From an uncultured Methanosarcinales archaeon (GTDB taxonomy: Archaea; Nanobdellota; Nanobdellia; Woesearchaeales; GW2011-AR9), in NCBI GenBank assembly GCA_964344755.1, contig CAYFOH010000003.1:1-53000 (forward strand): a stretch of DNA of 53,000 nt. The letters run 5' to 3'. Made by a program: the position numbers and the translations under genes. The notes beneath the pieces were generated by a model. The model searched no databases, was not told the origin of the DNA, and saw only the letters and a program-made list of their open reading frames with translations. Position 1 is the first letter of the stretch, and each line of letters opens with the position of its first letter. Shown here piece by piece: positions 40,859 to 50,002 of this stretch.

Positions 40859-41955
40859 ATTTGTCTAACAACATACCTTATCTGTTCTTCTGTTAAATGT
40901 GAAGAAGAAGGTAAATATAATCCTTTTTCAGCCAATTCGTCGGCTACAGGATAACTTCCAGAACAATCAGGATAGTTATCTCCTCCTTTAAGATAAGCCG
41001 GCTGTTTGTGCATGCCGTAAAAGAAAGTTCTGGTATCCACGCCTCTTTGTAACAACTCTTCTCTCAATTGAGACATAGAAAGACCAAATTCTTTCTCGAC
41101 CAACAAACTGTACATCCAATAAACATTTTTGGCCCAAAGTTTTTCTACTGGTAACGTTAAGCCAGGTACCTCTTTTAATAAACTAGTGTATAACTGAGCA
41201 TTTTTTCTTCTATTATCAACAAAACTTTCAATCTGTTCTAATTGCGCCAAGCCCAAAGCAGCTTGTAAGTTGGTTAAACGATAATTGAAACCTATTTCTT
41301 GATGTAAAAATCGAGGTTTACCAAAAAAATGGTTTCTTAACTTTCTTGCTCTTTCAGCAACTTGTTCATTGTTAGTTACAACCATGCCGCCCTCGCCTGT
41401 TGTAATTATTTTGTTAGCATAAAAACTGAAACAGGCTATATCTCCTAAAGATCCAACCTTGCGTCCGTTATATTCTGCCCCATGAGCTTCTGCTGCGTCT
41501 TCTAGAATCAATAAATTATGTTTGTCAGCAATTTCTTTGACTTTGTCCATATCAACGGGATGGCCATAAATGTGCACAACCATAATGGCTTTAGTTTTGG
41601 AAGTTATTTTTTCTTCTATCTTAGAAATATCCATATTCCAAGTTTCTCTCTCAGAATCGATTAAAACCGGTTTTGCACCAGAATAAATAATAGCGTTACA
41701 AGAACCAGCCATGGTAAAAGTTGGCATAATTACTTCATCACCTTTACCTATTCCTAAAGCTTCAATCGCTAAATGTAAAGCTACTGTGCCATTAGCACAA
41801 CTAATGCCATGCTTAACATTACAATAGTCAGCAAATTTTTCTTCAAAATCTTGAATAAATTGACCAGCTGAAGAAATCCATCCAGACTTAACAGCTTCTG
41901 TAACATAAGCTAGTTCGTTTCCCTTTAAAGTGGGCTCACATACTGGTATTTTCAT
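40831..41955 (-). CDS. DegT-family sugar 4-aminotransferase (perosamine synthetase / LegC / ArnB-like subgroup)
   Basis: IPVCEPTLKGNELAYVTEAVKSGWISS, ANGTVALHLA, LEDAAEAHGA, CFSFYANKIITTGEGG and IGFNYRLTNLQAALGLAQLE. Confidence 0.88.
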   Translation of the reverse strand: MKIPVCEPTLKGNELAYVTEAVKSGWISSAGQFIQDFEEKFADYCNVKHGISCANGTVALHLAIEALGIGKGDEVIMPTFTMAGSCNAIIYSGAKPVLIDSERETWNMDISKIEEKITSKTKAIMVVHIYGHPVDMDKVKEIADKHNLLILEDAAEAHGAEYNGRKVGSLGDIACFSFYANKIITTGEGGMVVTNNEQVAERARKLRNHFFGKPRFLHQEIGFNYRLTNLQAALGLAQLEQIESFVDNRRKNAQLYTSLLKEVPGLTLPVEKLWAKNVYWMYSLLVEKEFGLSMSQLREELLQRGVDTRTFFYGMHKQPAYLKGGDNYPDCSGSYPVADELAEKGLYLPSSSHLTEEQIRYVVRQIQEIQRSFL

Positions 41956-42388
41956 TGAAAAACCTCTTCTCTTTCTCTTTACCCCGATAAGGGCCCTGTT
42001 TTAGTTCAACTAATTTAGAATCTTCTAGAAACTCGAAGCCATGAGCACAATTTAGAACAATTGAATCGCCTGTGTTTATTATTACAGAATCTATTAACTG
42101 ATCATTTTCTCTCTCATCAAATAAATTGATTTTAACTTTACCTGAAACAACATAAAAAAATTCTTGCACAGGAAAATCTTTTAGCTCAGGGAAAGGAAGA
42201 TGAGCGTGGGCCGTACAAGTACTATCTTTTTTTCTATTATGAATACCCATTTGGAAAGGAAAATAGTCAGGAGTGGCAAAAAGCATCTCTTCATTTAACT
42301 CAGAAACAGTTTTGGCCCTAACAATTATGCAAAGAATTTTGTCATTGTAAACTTTTTTTTCAACATTATCCATCATAACAAAAAACAC
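41936..42388 (-). CDS. Cupin-fold protein (possible sugar ketoisomerase/epimerase, FdtA/WxcM-like HAH motif)
   Basis: 150 aa. TAHAHLPF plus a beta-rich FFYVVSGKVKINLFDE cupin core. Translationally overlapped with the aminotransferase. The specific activity is not assignable. Confidence 0.4.
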   Translation of the reverse strand: MFFVMMDNVEKKVYNDKILCIIVRAKTVSELNEEMLFATPDYFPFQMGIHNRKKDSTCTAHAHLPFPELKDFPVQEFFYVVSGKVKINLFDERENDQLIDSVIINTGDSIVLNCAHGFEFLEDSKLVELKQGPYRGKEKEKRFFNENTSM

Positions 42389-42407
42389 ATTAAACTCTAT
42401 AAAAAGA

Positions 42408-44102
42408 TTATGCTACTGTTTCCTTCAAAACCATTCTAAAAACCAACAAAATAGTGCCTAAAGTTAACAAAATGTCTAACCATAAGACCAATAATCCCAC
42501 ATAATGTAAAAATCCCCGTGAATAATAATCTAAGGAAAACTGAGGATATTTCCAACCCACGGAATAACCCCAAAAGTTGTGGGTTTGGTCGATTAAAGGT
42601 AGAACAGTTTTTGGTAAAGACAGTTCACCATAATAGACTCTAAAATTATGAGTGGCTTGAACTTCAGCTATTTTGGTTGTTCTTTCTTTAAAGAAGTTGC
42701 TGACTTCTTCACTAGCCTGAAAAATTCTTTGAAAATCTTCTGGTTTCCAGCCACAATTTGTTCCAGGTCCGCATTCTAAATAATAAATGGGCACATCTAT
42801 TCTTGAAGCTGTTTGCTGATTTTCAAGTAAATTAAAAAAGTCAAAGGCCTGGATATAATGCTTATCATGAAAAACCCAAGCATGTATTCCGTTATAAATG
42901 CGAGGATCAATAATTACTAACCCTTCGTCAGCGATATTCTCTTTCACAAAGTCTCTTAAAACTAAAGTAATAGATTCATCTCGAGACTCTACAATCTCTT
43001 GTAAAGAAAAGAAACTTAAGAAAAAAGATGTGGCTAAAAGTAGCAATATTACTTGCTTAAACTTAATTTTTTGGGAAAGTATTTTACTAAATCTAAGTAA
43101 AGGATAACCTGCAAAAATGCTTAAGATAGCAGGAACAAGCAAATAATGGGGAGAACTGTTGACTTTTCCTCCGACATAAAGAAGAAGTACTAAAATTGAG
43201 AGCCAAAGTAAAGCGAAGATTGTCTTGTTTTTCTTAAACAAGAAAATACCCCCTACTAAACCAAAGATTGAAAGAATCACGTCTTTAGTTAACATGAAAG
43301 TGAAAATATGGGAAACTACACCTATTAAGCGGCTGGTTTCCCAATGTTGACCACTTCCACCCACAGGATAATTACCAATCCCTAAAACAGAGGCAAAATA
43401 ATAGTCCGTAACACCTTTTTCTTGGTAAGATAAAAAGTTGTAAATTAAAACAGGAGAAACTATTAGTAAAGCTACAATTATACTAACAATTAATGAAGTT
43501 AACAGGTTTTTATTAATGCGTTTAGTTGATAGTAATTTTTTTTGCTTAAGGTAAATCAAAAAAATAAGAAGGAAGGGTAAAACTAAGGTTAAAATTAACG
43601 GTTTAGCTAAACTTCCTAAAGCCAAAAAGAGTGAGGTAAAAATCAAGAAGTAATGTTTGCCTTTTAAAAATTTTATAAAAAACAAAATGCTTAATAAAGC
43701 AAAAAAGAAAGCTAACATGTCCATTTCATAATTGAAAGTGATAGCAAAGCTTGATACAGCAAAGAGAAAAGCTGATAATAAAGAAGCTTTTTTATTTTTA
43801 AATATTTCTTGTGATATCAAAAATATTACTAAACAAGCTAATGAGCCAAAAACTATGGAAACTAATCTCACTGAAATAGCATTAACGCCACCTAGTAGTT
43901 TATAGCCCAAATCAGTTAAATAGAAAAACAAAGGACCTTGTTCATTTGTGCTTAAAGCACCAGAAGAAATAATATTATAAGGGATAACAGAATAAACCAT
44001 TTCATCTGTTGAAACACCTGTATGATGAGCAGCTATTATTCTTAAAACTAGAGCTAATAAAAAAATTAAGATCAGATAAAGAGAAGACTTAGTTAATTTC
44101 AT
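42408..44102 (-). CDS. GT-C fold membrane glycosyltransferase (ArnT/PMT, GT39/GT83-like)
   Basis: 564 aa with more than 10 TM segments. Acidic pair in the first predicted outside loop (HHTGVSTDEMVYS). A large C-terminal soluble domain is followed by a terminal TM. Confidence 0.7.
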   Translation of the reverse strand: MKLTKSSLYLILIFLLALVLRIIAAHHTGVSTDEMVYSVIPYNIISSGALSTNEQGPLFFYLTDLGYKLLGGVNAISVRLVSIVFGSLACLVIFLISQEIFKNKKASLLSAFLFAVSSFAITFNYEMDMLAFFFALLSILFFIKFLKGKHYFLIFTSLFLALGSLAKPLILTLVLPFLLIFLIYLKQKKLLSTKRINKNLLTSLIVSIIVALLIVSPVLIYNFLSYQEKGVTDYYFASVLGIGNYPVGGSGQHWETSRLIGVVSHIFTFMLTKDVILSIFGLVGGIFLFKKNKTIFALLWLSILVLLLYVGGKVNSSPHYLLVPAILSIFAGYPLLRFSKILSQKIKFKQVILLLLATSFFLSFFSLQEIVESRDESITLVLRDFVKENIADEGLVIIDPRIYNGIHAWVFHDKHYIQAFDFFNLLENQQTASRIDVPIYYLECGPGTNCGWKPEDFQRIFQASEEVSNFFKERTTKIAEVQATHNFRVYYGELSLPKTVLPLIDQTHNFWGYSVGWKYPQFSLDYYSRGFLHYVGLLVLWLDILLTLGTILLVFRMVLKETVA

Positions 44103-44354
44103 TTAAGAAAAATGGCACGTGTAACCACTTTCAGTAGCTACAGTTTCACCTCCAGCACCTAAACAACAGTTATTTACTTCTCTTAATTTGCTACAATAAT
44201 CTTGTCCCCCTTTTTCACACTTCCATTGAATACAACGATCAAAACCTTCTTTACCCCTATTCTTTAGCGATATAAAAGAGAAAACCACCATCAGAACCAA
44301 AAGAGCGTAAAGTAGGTAAAGTAGTCCTTTTTGCCATTTAGTTAGTTCTTTCAT
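44103..44354 (-). CDS. Small membrane-anchored Cys-rich protein (83 aa)
   Basis: N-terminal TM (LLYLLYALLVLMVVFSFISL) followed by a 45-aa tail with 7 Cys (RCIQWKCEKGGQDYCSKLREVNNCCLGAGGETVATESGYTCHFS). It abuts or overlaps the flanking GT-C genes (4-nt overlap upstream, 0-nt gap downstream). Confidence 0.45.
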   Translation of the reverse strand: MKELTKWQKGLLYLLYALLVLMVVFSFISLKNRGKEGFDRCIQWKCEKGGQDYCSKLREVNNCCLGAGGETVATESGYTCHFS

Positions 44355-46279
44355 TTTACTTTCAATAAAAATATCCTTTGTTCAATGTGTTGAGTTATCT
44401 CAAAGTCTTGAGAGCTGGCTAGTGCAGGGTAGAGTTCATTTAAATAAGCTTGAACTTCTTCTTCAGCAAAATGTTTTCTTAGCTGTCTAAGATCCATCGA
44501 TGGATTAATTAACAAATATTCATAATTGTTTTCTTTTAAAAAGGAATAGATTTCCTCAGGACTTTTACCTACTATCTCTTGTCTAAAATCATAAATCTCC
44601 TTACACCAGATACAATCAAATTTGCCAAAACCGGTGATAAGCTTAGGCCTGGGAGCCAACATAAATATTTTGGTGTTATCTGGTAGACTCTCTAATAAAG
44701 ATCCATATTCAAAAGCCTCTTGGGGGTTAGAAAAAGCGCTTGAAGTTGGCCACACAGTAGTATTTAGAGCAAATTTTTGTGAAGTTGAAGTTAGGTAGAT
44801 TCCTAATATTAGTAAGACTATAATAACTAATTTAGCTCCTTTAATTTTACGGAAAAAGTTTAGTAAAAAATAAGCTCCTTCTGCTGCTAACAAAGAAACA
44901 GGGATAGCTAAAAGCATCCAGACTCTAAATGGACCTCTAGCAACGGATACTGGAAATGTTTGTCCGTTTACACCCCAGAAAGTAAAGATTAACCAAAATA
45001 AAGTAATAGCCAACCAAGTATTCTCTTTTTTAACAAGTTTAGATTTGTAATGCCATAAAACATAAACAAGACCTACCAAAACCAGTAAAGAGACTATCAC
45101 ACCAATGCCAATGGGATTATTGATCAGGTTCTCTTTTTGAGCAAAGAAAAAATCTTCAAATGAATAAGCCCTAGATGCAGAACCTCCAGAAGAAGTTAAC
45201 CTAGCTAAAATACCAGAGATTTTACTAAACAAAGAACTTGTACTTGAAGACACGGCCGCATCTGTTGTGGTTTGGCCCACCTGGTAATAGTTGGTTAAAA
45301 GACCTTTTAAAGAATATCTTCTGACTAAATCACCCCACCATAACAAAGACAAAAATCCTCCTGCAAAAAAGGCAGTAAAACCTTTTTTGAAAATCTTTTT
45401 CTGGGTGATTGAATATACTATTAAGTAAATTAGGATTAAAGTGCTAATTTTTAGTGGTTGAGAGAGGTTTTGCGTGAACCAAACAGCAGCCACCATTATG
45501 GCTGATAAATAAACCCATTTTTTATCTGTTGGAATTTTTTGAAAAGCATAAAATAAAGGGAAAACCAAAGTGATAATAAGAGCATGGGCCCAAATAAAGT
45601 GACTAAGGTAAGAAGGAAGAGATGCTAAAACAAAAGTAGCAAACAAAGCTTTATTTCTATTACCTACAAACAACTTGGCAAAAAAGTAAAAGAAAAATAT
45701 GCTCAACGAAATTATCAGAGCGTTAAAGAACTTCATAGTCCAAGTTAAGTCTGGAGACGTTTGATGCAAAACGCCTAAAAGGATATTATATGCTGGGGGG
45801 TAAGGGTCAACATATGAAAGGAAACGATCAAAATCACTATGTTGAGGATCATAAGCTGTTTTTTCTATGCTTACATATTTAATTCCTACTGAATGGCCCC
45901 AAGGATCTTCATTTTCTAGGTAAGGATAAGAAAAAGCACCCTGTAAGTAAATGTAGAAAGATACTAAAACAATTACTAAAACAAGCAGAGTATAAAGGGA
46001 TTCTTTGGATAATTTAAGAGAAGGTTTAGGGAATTTTCTATGTTTTATTAGGTGGTAAATAGGCAAGATCAAGCTTAAAACTAAAAAGATCCTCCAATCC
46101 AAAGGTATATGGAAAAGGTTAAGTAAAATAGCTAAAAAGGCAAAGGCACCTAATCCAAAAGCTACATTCATAATTTGCCTTTCCCAAAAATTCTTAGACT
46201 TCTTAAGGAAATAAGTTGCCGAGAAACCTAGGCCCCAGGTGTAAATGAAAAACAAAAGAATTGTAATATAACTAACCAT
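44351..46279 (-). CDS. Large polytopic membrane protein, GT-C-like glycosyltransferase candidate
   Basis: 642 aa, about 13 TM segments, acidic loop motif YLENEDPWGH after TM4 and a C-terminal soluble domain. No WWDYG-type STT3/AglB motif was seen. Confidence 0.5.
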   Translation of the reverse strand: MVSYITILLFFIYTWGLGFSATYFLKKSKNFWERQIMNVAFGLGAFAFLAILLNLFHIPLDWRIFLVLSLILPIYHLIKHRKFPKPSLKLSKESLYTLLVLVIVLVSFYIYLQGAFSYPYLENEDPWGHSVGIKYVSIEKTAYDPQHSDFDRFLSYVDPYPPAYNILLGVLHQTSPDLTWTMKFFNALIISLSIFFFYFFAKLFVGNRNKALFATFVLASLPSYLSHFIWAHALIITLVFPLFYAFQKIPTDKKWVYLSAIMVAAVWFTQNLSQPLKISTLILIYLIVYSITQKKIFKKGFTAFFAGGFLSLLWWGDLVRRYSLKGLLTNYYQVGQTTTDAAVSSSTSSLFSKISGILARLTSSGGSASRAYSFEDFFFAQKENLINNPIGIGVIVSLLVLVGLVYVLWHYKSKLVKKENTWLAITLFWLIFTFWGVNGQTFPVSVARGPFRVWMLLAIPVSLLAAEGAYFLLNFFRKIKGAKLVIIVLLILGIYLTSTSQKFALNTTVWPTSSAFSNPQEAFEYGSLLESLPDNTKIFMLAPRPKLITGFGKFDCIWCKEIYDFRQEIVGKSPEEIYSFLKENNYEYLLINPSMDLRQLRKHFAEEEVQAYLNELYPALASSQDFEITQHIEQRIFLLKVK

Positions 46280-46318
46280 CCATTATTTTTTAAAACAAAG
46301 GTATTTAAGTTTTGTGGA

Positions 46319-47713
46319 CTACCCGACCTCATAAAGATAAACACTTAACTCTCGGCCATGTTTTTCTTTAACAACAGTGAAGTGCTTGTCTAAGAATTTC
46401 TTATACTCTTTCCCATAATTACCGTCACGTGAAGAAATTAACCAAAATCTGTCCTCCGACTCCAGTTCAGATAACAAAAGTTCCTTATCAAAATATTTTC
46501 TGGCATGGTTCATCTCCCAAGTGAGTTCTAATTTGCGATAAGAATTAGGATAATAATATTCAAACAAGTTAATATTACTTTCAGCTTTAGTAAAAAGTAA
46601 TAAAGTATTAGGAGAATTCTCTTCAATAAAATCAATAGTTTCTTCCCAAGGAGCTTTAGTAGTTTGCTCATAATAAACATAAAGAGTAAAAGCGTTAAAC
46701 ATTAGGATCATAAAGATAATCAGAGCTTGTACTTTCTTGGACTTTAAAGATAGAATGGCGTAAGCCAAAAGTAAGTAAAAGAACGGAACAACAAAAAAAG
46801 AGTGCCTAATTAAAGAGAAAGATCTCAAAGTTTTGTCCAGTAAAACTAAGTGAACTACAAGAATTATCAATGTTACTAAAAGAGTCAAAAATTTCCAAGG
46901 AACTTTCTTAAAGTTTACTTTTCTTAAAAAGCAATAAGCTAAAACCAAACCACAAGCCAGAAAAGTGATTGGTAACAAATAAAACCCGATACCAAGATTG
47001 GCCAAAAAAGGAGGTATGCCTCTGGCAATGAAAGCCTGCTGTAAAGCTGGTTGACGTAACAATATTTGTGTATGAAGAATCGTAAGGCCAGGGATAAAAG
47101 CTAAGATACTAATTAAAGAAGCCATCAAAAACTTCCACAACCATTTTCTTTTCCAAAACAAGATGGCTAAGAAATGGAACATCACAACAAAAAAAGTCAT
47201 GTAGCTTGTGTACAGTGCAACAATTAGAGAGATAGCATAAGCAAACCAATAATTACTCTTCTTGTTAGAAACCGATAAAACCAAGAAATAAGTAGCTAAC
47301 AAAACCAAAAAGCCAAACATGCTGTAAGGACGGGCTTCTTGGGCATACAACACTTGTAACATGGTTGTAGCTAAGAACAGGGCAGCTAACAGCCCTACTT
47401 TTTTGTTGAAAAGTTTTGCACCTAACAAGAAAATAAAGATTATTGCTAACAAGTCAAAAACTATCGAAAGCGACCTTAAAGCTTGTTCTGAAGTTCCAAA
47501 AAGGTTTGTCCAATACTTTAAAAAATTAAAATAAAAAGTTGGCGTTAACTCTCTGTCAGCTATAGATGTCTCTAAAGAATCAGCTTTTAAATGATCTAAA
47601 GTGATAATTTCATCAGTCCAAAGATTTTCTGTATTTAGATCGTGAACTCTTAAAAAAGAACCTAAAAGAACAATAATAATCAATAGTAAATAGATACTTT
47701 TTATTTTAGACAT
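46319..47713 (-). CDS. GT-C fold membrane glycosyltransferase (ArnT/PMT_2-like)
   Basis: 464 aa, about 11 TM segments and a first-loop motif ENLWTDEIITLDH (acidic DE pair typical for GT39/GT83). Confidence 0.7.
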   Translation of the reverse strand: MSKIKSIYLLLIIIVLLGSFLRVHDLNTENLWTDEIITLDHLKADSLETSIADRELTPTFYFNFLKYWTNLFGTSEQALRSLSIVFDLLAIIFIFLLGAKLFNKKVGLLAALFLATTMLQVLYAQEARPYSMFGFLVLLATYFLVLSVSNKKSNYWFAYAISLIVALYTSYMTFFVVMFHFLAILFWKRKWLWKFLMASLISILAFIPGLTILHTQILLRQPALQQAFIARGIPPFLANLGIGFYLLPITFLACGLVLAYCFLRKVNFKKVPWKFLTLLVTLIILVVHLVLLDKTLRSFSLIRHSFFVVPFFYLLLAYAILSLKSKKVQALIIFMILMFNAFTLYVYYEQTTKAPWEETIDFIEENSPNTLLLFTKAESNINLFEYYYPNSYRKLELTWEMNHARKYFDKELLLSELESEDRFWLISSRDGNYGKEYKKFLDKHFTVVKEKHGRELSVYLYEVG

Positions 47714-48533
47714 TTCTCAAAAAATCTCTCACAGGCAATAATTTAACACCTCTAGACTTCAATTGAATTAGATCTTCCTTCAAAGGCATCCTTGTAAAGG
47801 TAGCTTTTTGATGGTCTTGCTTAATTGAAGAAAATTGTTTGTTAGTATATTCCTCTATGAATTCATTAAGCATGTCACCAAAAGAAGCTGCTAAATCGTA
47901 ATGAAGTTTGTAAACAGAGGTCTTGGAATCATAATAAAATTTTCTTTGAAAGATGATGTCTCCAGTATCTAATCCTGGCTCCATAAAGTGAATAGTTACA
48001 CCGTACTGTGGGTCTTGATTTAACAGATACCAAAAATATTGGGCAGCACCCCTATATTCTGGTAAATAAGAACCGTGAGCATTGATTAACTTATTACCTA
48101 ACGTTTCAAAAACGTTTTTCTTTAAAATCTGGGAAACTAGGCATAAAATATAGTCTGGATTCAATTTTTTGACTTTTTGTAAAAATTCTGGATCACTAAG
48201 ATCAGTTGTTTCAATGATCGGAATTTGGTACTGTTTAGCTAAGCCACGAATGGTTTTAGCTTGACCCGTTTGGTAAAGTTTAGTTTTAAGCAATTTGTGA
48301 GAAGTCAACAACAAATTATAAAGTTTAGATTCAACCAACTTGTAAGAAAAAAAACCTAAAGATGATTTTTTAATTAATTTATAAGCCACTTTCAGTTGGT
48401 CAGTGAACGCTTCCCCTTTGAGTTGACTAGATAAAACAATTGCCGAAATTTGGTCGTGATGTTTGAGTAAAACTTTCCTGGTTGCTACAACAGAAGCCAT
48501 AGTATTTTGTGTAAAAAATACGAGCTTGGCCAT
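47706..48533 (-). CDS. Formyltransferase (Fmt/ArnA N-domain/WbkC-like sugar N-formyltransferase candidate)
   Basis: Catalytic N/H/D signature LINAHGSYLPEYRG ... EPGLDTGDII. It carries a ~50-aa insertion in the N-terminal subdomain. 8-nt overlap with the downstream GT-C gene. Confidence 0.8.
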   Translation of the reverse strand: MAKLVFFTQNTMASVVATRKVLLKHHDQISAIVLSSQLKGEAFTDQLKVAYKLIKKSSLGFFSYKLVESKLYNLLLTSHKLLKTKLYQTGQAKTIRGLAKQYQIPIIETTDLSDPEFLQKVKKLNPDYILCLVSQILKKNVFETLGNKLINAHGSYLPEYRGAAQYFWYLLNQDPQYGVTIHFMEPGLDTGDIIFQRKFYYDSKTSVYKLHYDLAASFGDMLNEFIEEYTNKQFSSIKQDHQKATFTRMPLKEDLIQLKSRGVKLLPVRDFLRNV

Positions 48534-48534
48534 T

Positions 48535-49245
48535 TTAATATTTTAACCTAATCTCAAAGATCCTTTTCATATAAATCAAACCAAACTTAAATAAACCAAA
48601 AAGAGTTGCAGCCGTTTTAGATTGACCTGCCCTTCTATCCGTAAAAGAATAACCTACTTCCTTTATTCTATGTTTTTTACCAACCCGATACAAAAAGTCG
48701 ATACAATATTCACCATAACCTGAATCAGACAAACGATAATTCTCTAAAACATCTTTACGAGCTGCAATAAAACCGCTATCATAATCAAGGACTTTAAAAT
48801 TAAGGACAATATTAGCTAAAAGGTTAATGAAGCGACTTGAAGCCACTCTCAGAAAAGGCCTAGCATCTTTGCCACCTTTAGCATACCTTGAACCAACACA
48901 AACACCATATCGATCTAAGTAAGGAATCATTTTAGGAACTAACTCTGGGGGCATTGACTGATCAGCATCCATCCAAACTACATATTTGCCTTTGGCTAAA
49001 TCAATTCCTTTTTGTATGGCTCCAACCAATTTTCGTTGATTAATTCTTCTAACAACTTTCACATCAGGAGAATTAAGTAAAGAAGCTAATTCCCAAGTCT
49101 TATCTGGGCTGTCGTCGTCAACTACAATTATTTCTAATTGATAATCTTTAAGGGACTCTTGAGTCCTTTTTATTAAAGGCACGATATTTTCCGCCTCATT
49201 ATAAGTCGGGAAAACAATAGAAACATCAATTTCTTTTTTGTCCAT
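48535..49245 (-). CDS. GT2 polyprenyl-phosphate glycosyltransferase (Dpm1/ArnC-like)
   Basis: SIVFPTYNEAENI, IIVVDDDSPDKT and WMDADQSMPP. First gene of the minus-strand operon. Confidence 0.8.
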   Translation of the reverse strand: MDKKEIDVSIVFPTYNEAENIVPLIKRTQESLKDYQLEIIVVDDDSPDKTWELASLLNSPDVKVVRRINQRKLVGAIQKGIDLAKGKYVVWMDADQSMPPELVPKMIPYLDRYGVCVGSRYAKGGKDARPFLRVASSRFINLLANIVLNFKVLDYDSGFIAARKDVLENYRLSDSGYGEYCIDFLYRVGKKHRIKEVGYSFTDRRAGQSKTAATLFGLFKFGLIYMKRIFEIRLKY

Positions 49246-49267
49246 GGGCCAATTTAGAATGCTACTG

Positions 49268-49276
49268 TTTTAAATA
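49268..49276 (-). promoter_or_regulatory. Putative TATA box (TATTTAAAA on minus strand) ~23-31 nt upstream of start 49245 (Arn-like operon)
   Basis: Spacer 49246-49342. This is the only sizeable non-coding stretch upstream of the eight-gene minus-strand string. Confidence 0.4.
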
Positions 49277-49313
49277 GTTTATGTAAAGATAAAAGATAGT
49301 TTTCAGAGAAATC

Positions 49314-49321
49314 TTTATAAA
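49314..49321 (+). promoter_or_regulatory. Putative TATA box (TTTATAAA) 22 nt upstream of ATG 49343
   Basis: Its position argues that ATG 49343, not TTG 49322, is the real start of the membrane protein gene. Confidence 0.35.
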
Positions 49322-49933
49322 TTGGGTGCTAACAGACATACTATGAGCTTAAGAGATTTGTTGTCAGATATAGATGAAAAAATATTAAATAAACATCAAG
49401 ATATTGTTGACAAAGTCAAAGATTATGGTTGGAATAAATATACTTTATCCACAAAATTCACTCAAACGAACTTTGCGTTAAAGAGTGTAGCCGGAGCAGC
49501 TTTAATAGCATCAGGTGGTTACTGTTTAGGAATTGGTATCATGGCTTATTCCTTTATTGGTTTTGTAGTTACCCCTACAATAGAAGAAACATTAGAAGAA
49601 ATAGAAATGGACGATTTTGTTAAATCTGGAGCAATTAGAAAACCAAAGCCAAAACCTGGAAGAGTTTTAAATTACCTTTTAGCTACAACCGCAGCAGCCA
49701 TACCTTTTGTTGCTGATGGTGTAGAGGATATTAATGCAATGCATCTGGCCTGGGGGTTCTATAGTGCTTCAGTGATAGCCGGAACTAGTGCTAAATATTT
49801 TAGAGACACGAAATTTGAGCCACCAAAAGGAAAAACAATATCGGATAGAATCAAGGATTGGGTAAAGGGAATGGGTCCACAGATGGAACCAGCAGGAGCA
49901 AGAATAAGTTCTGGTTTGAACACATACAATTAA
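49322..49933 (+). CDS. Hypothetical membrane protein
   Basis: Two to four hydrophobic segments (AGAALIASGGYCLGIGIMAYSFIGFVV; LLATTAAAIPFV). The likely true start is the ATG at 49343 (MSLRDLL), 22 nt downstream of a TTTATAAA element. Confidence 0.4.
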   Translation: MGANRHTMSLRDLLSDIDEKILNKHQDIVDKVKDYGWNKYTLSTKFTQTNFALKSVAGAALIASGGYCLGIGIMAYSFIGFVVTPTIEETLEEIEMDDFVKSGAIRKPKPKPGRVLNYLLATTAAAIPFVADGVEDINAMHLAWGFYSASVIAGTSAKYFRDTKFEPPKGKTISDRIKDWVKGMGPQMEPAGARISSGLNTYN

Positions 49934-50002
49934 GCTCCAGTTCTCTTATTAATCTGATTTTAAGACCATAACTCTTTTTAACGTTGATAGTAGTTTCTTC
50001 TT

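Noticed and set aside
44351-46279. Idea that the 642-aa membrane protein is the AglB/STT3 oligosaccharyltransferase
   Set aside because: No WWDYG-type motif or DK/MI motif was recognised (the only WW is in LLWWGDLV), and the protein is shorter than typical AglB. I kept it as a generic GT-C-like candidate.
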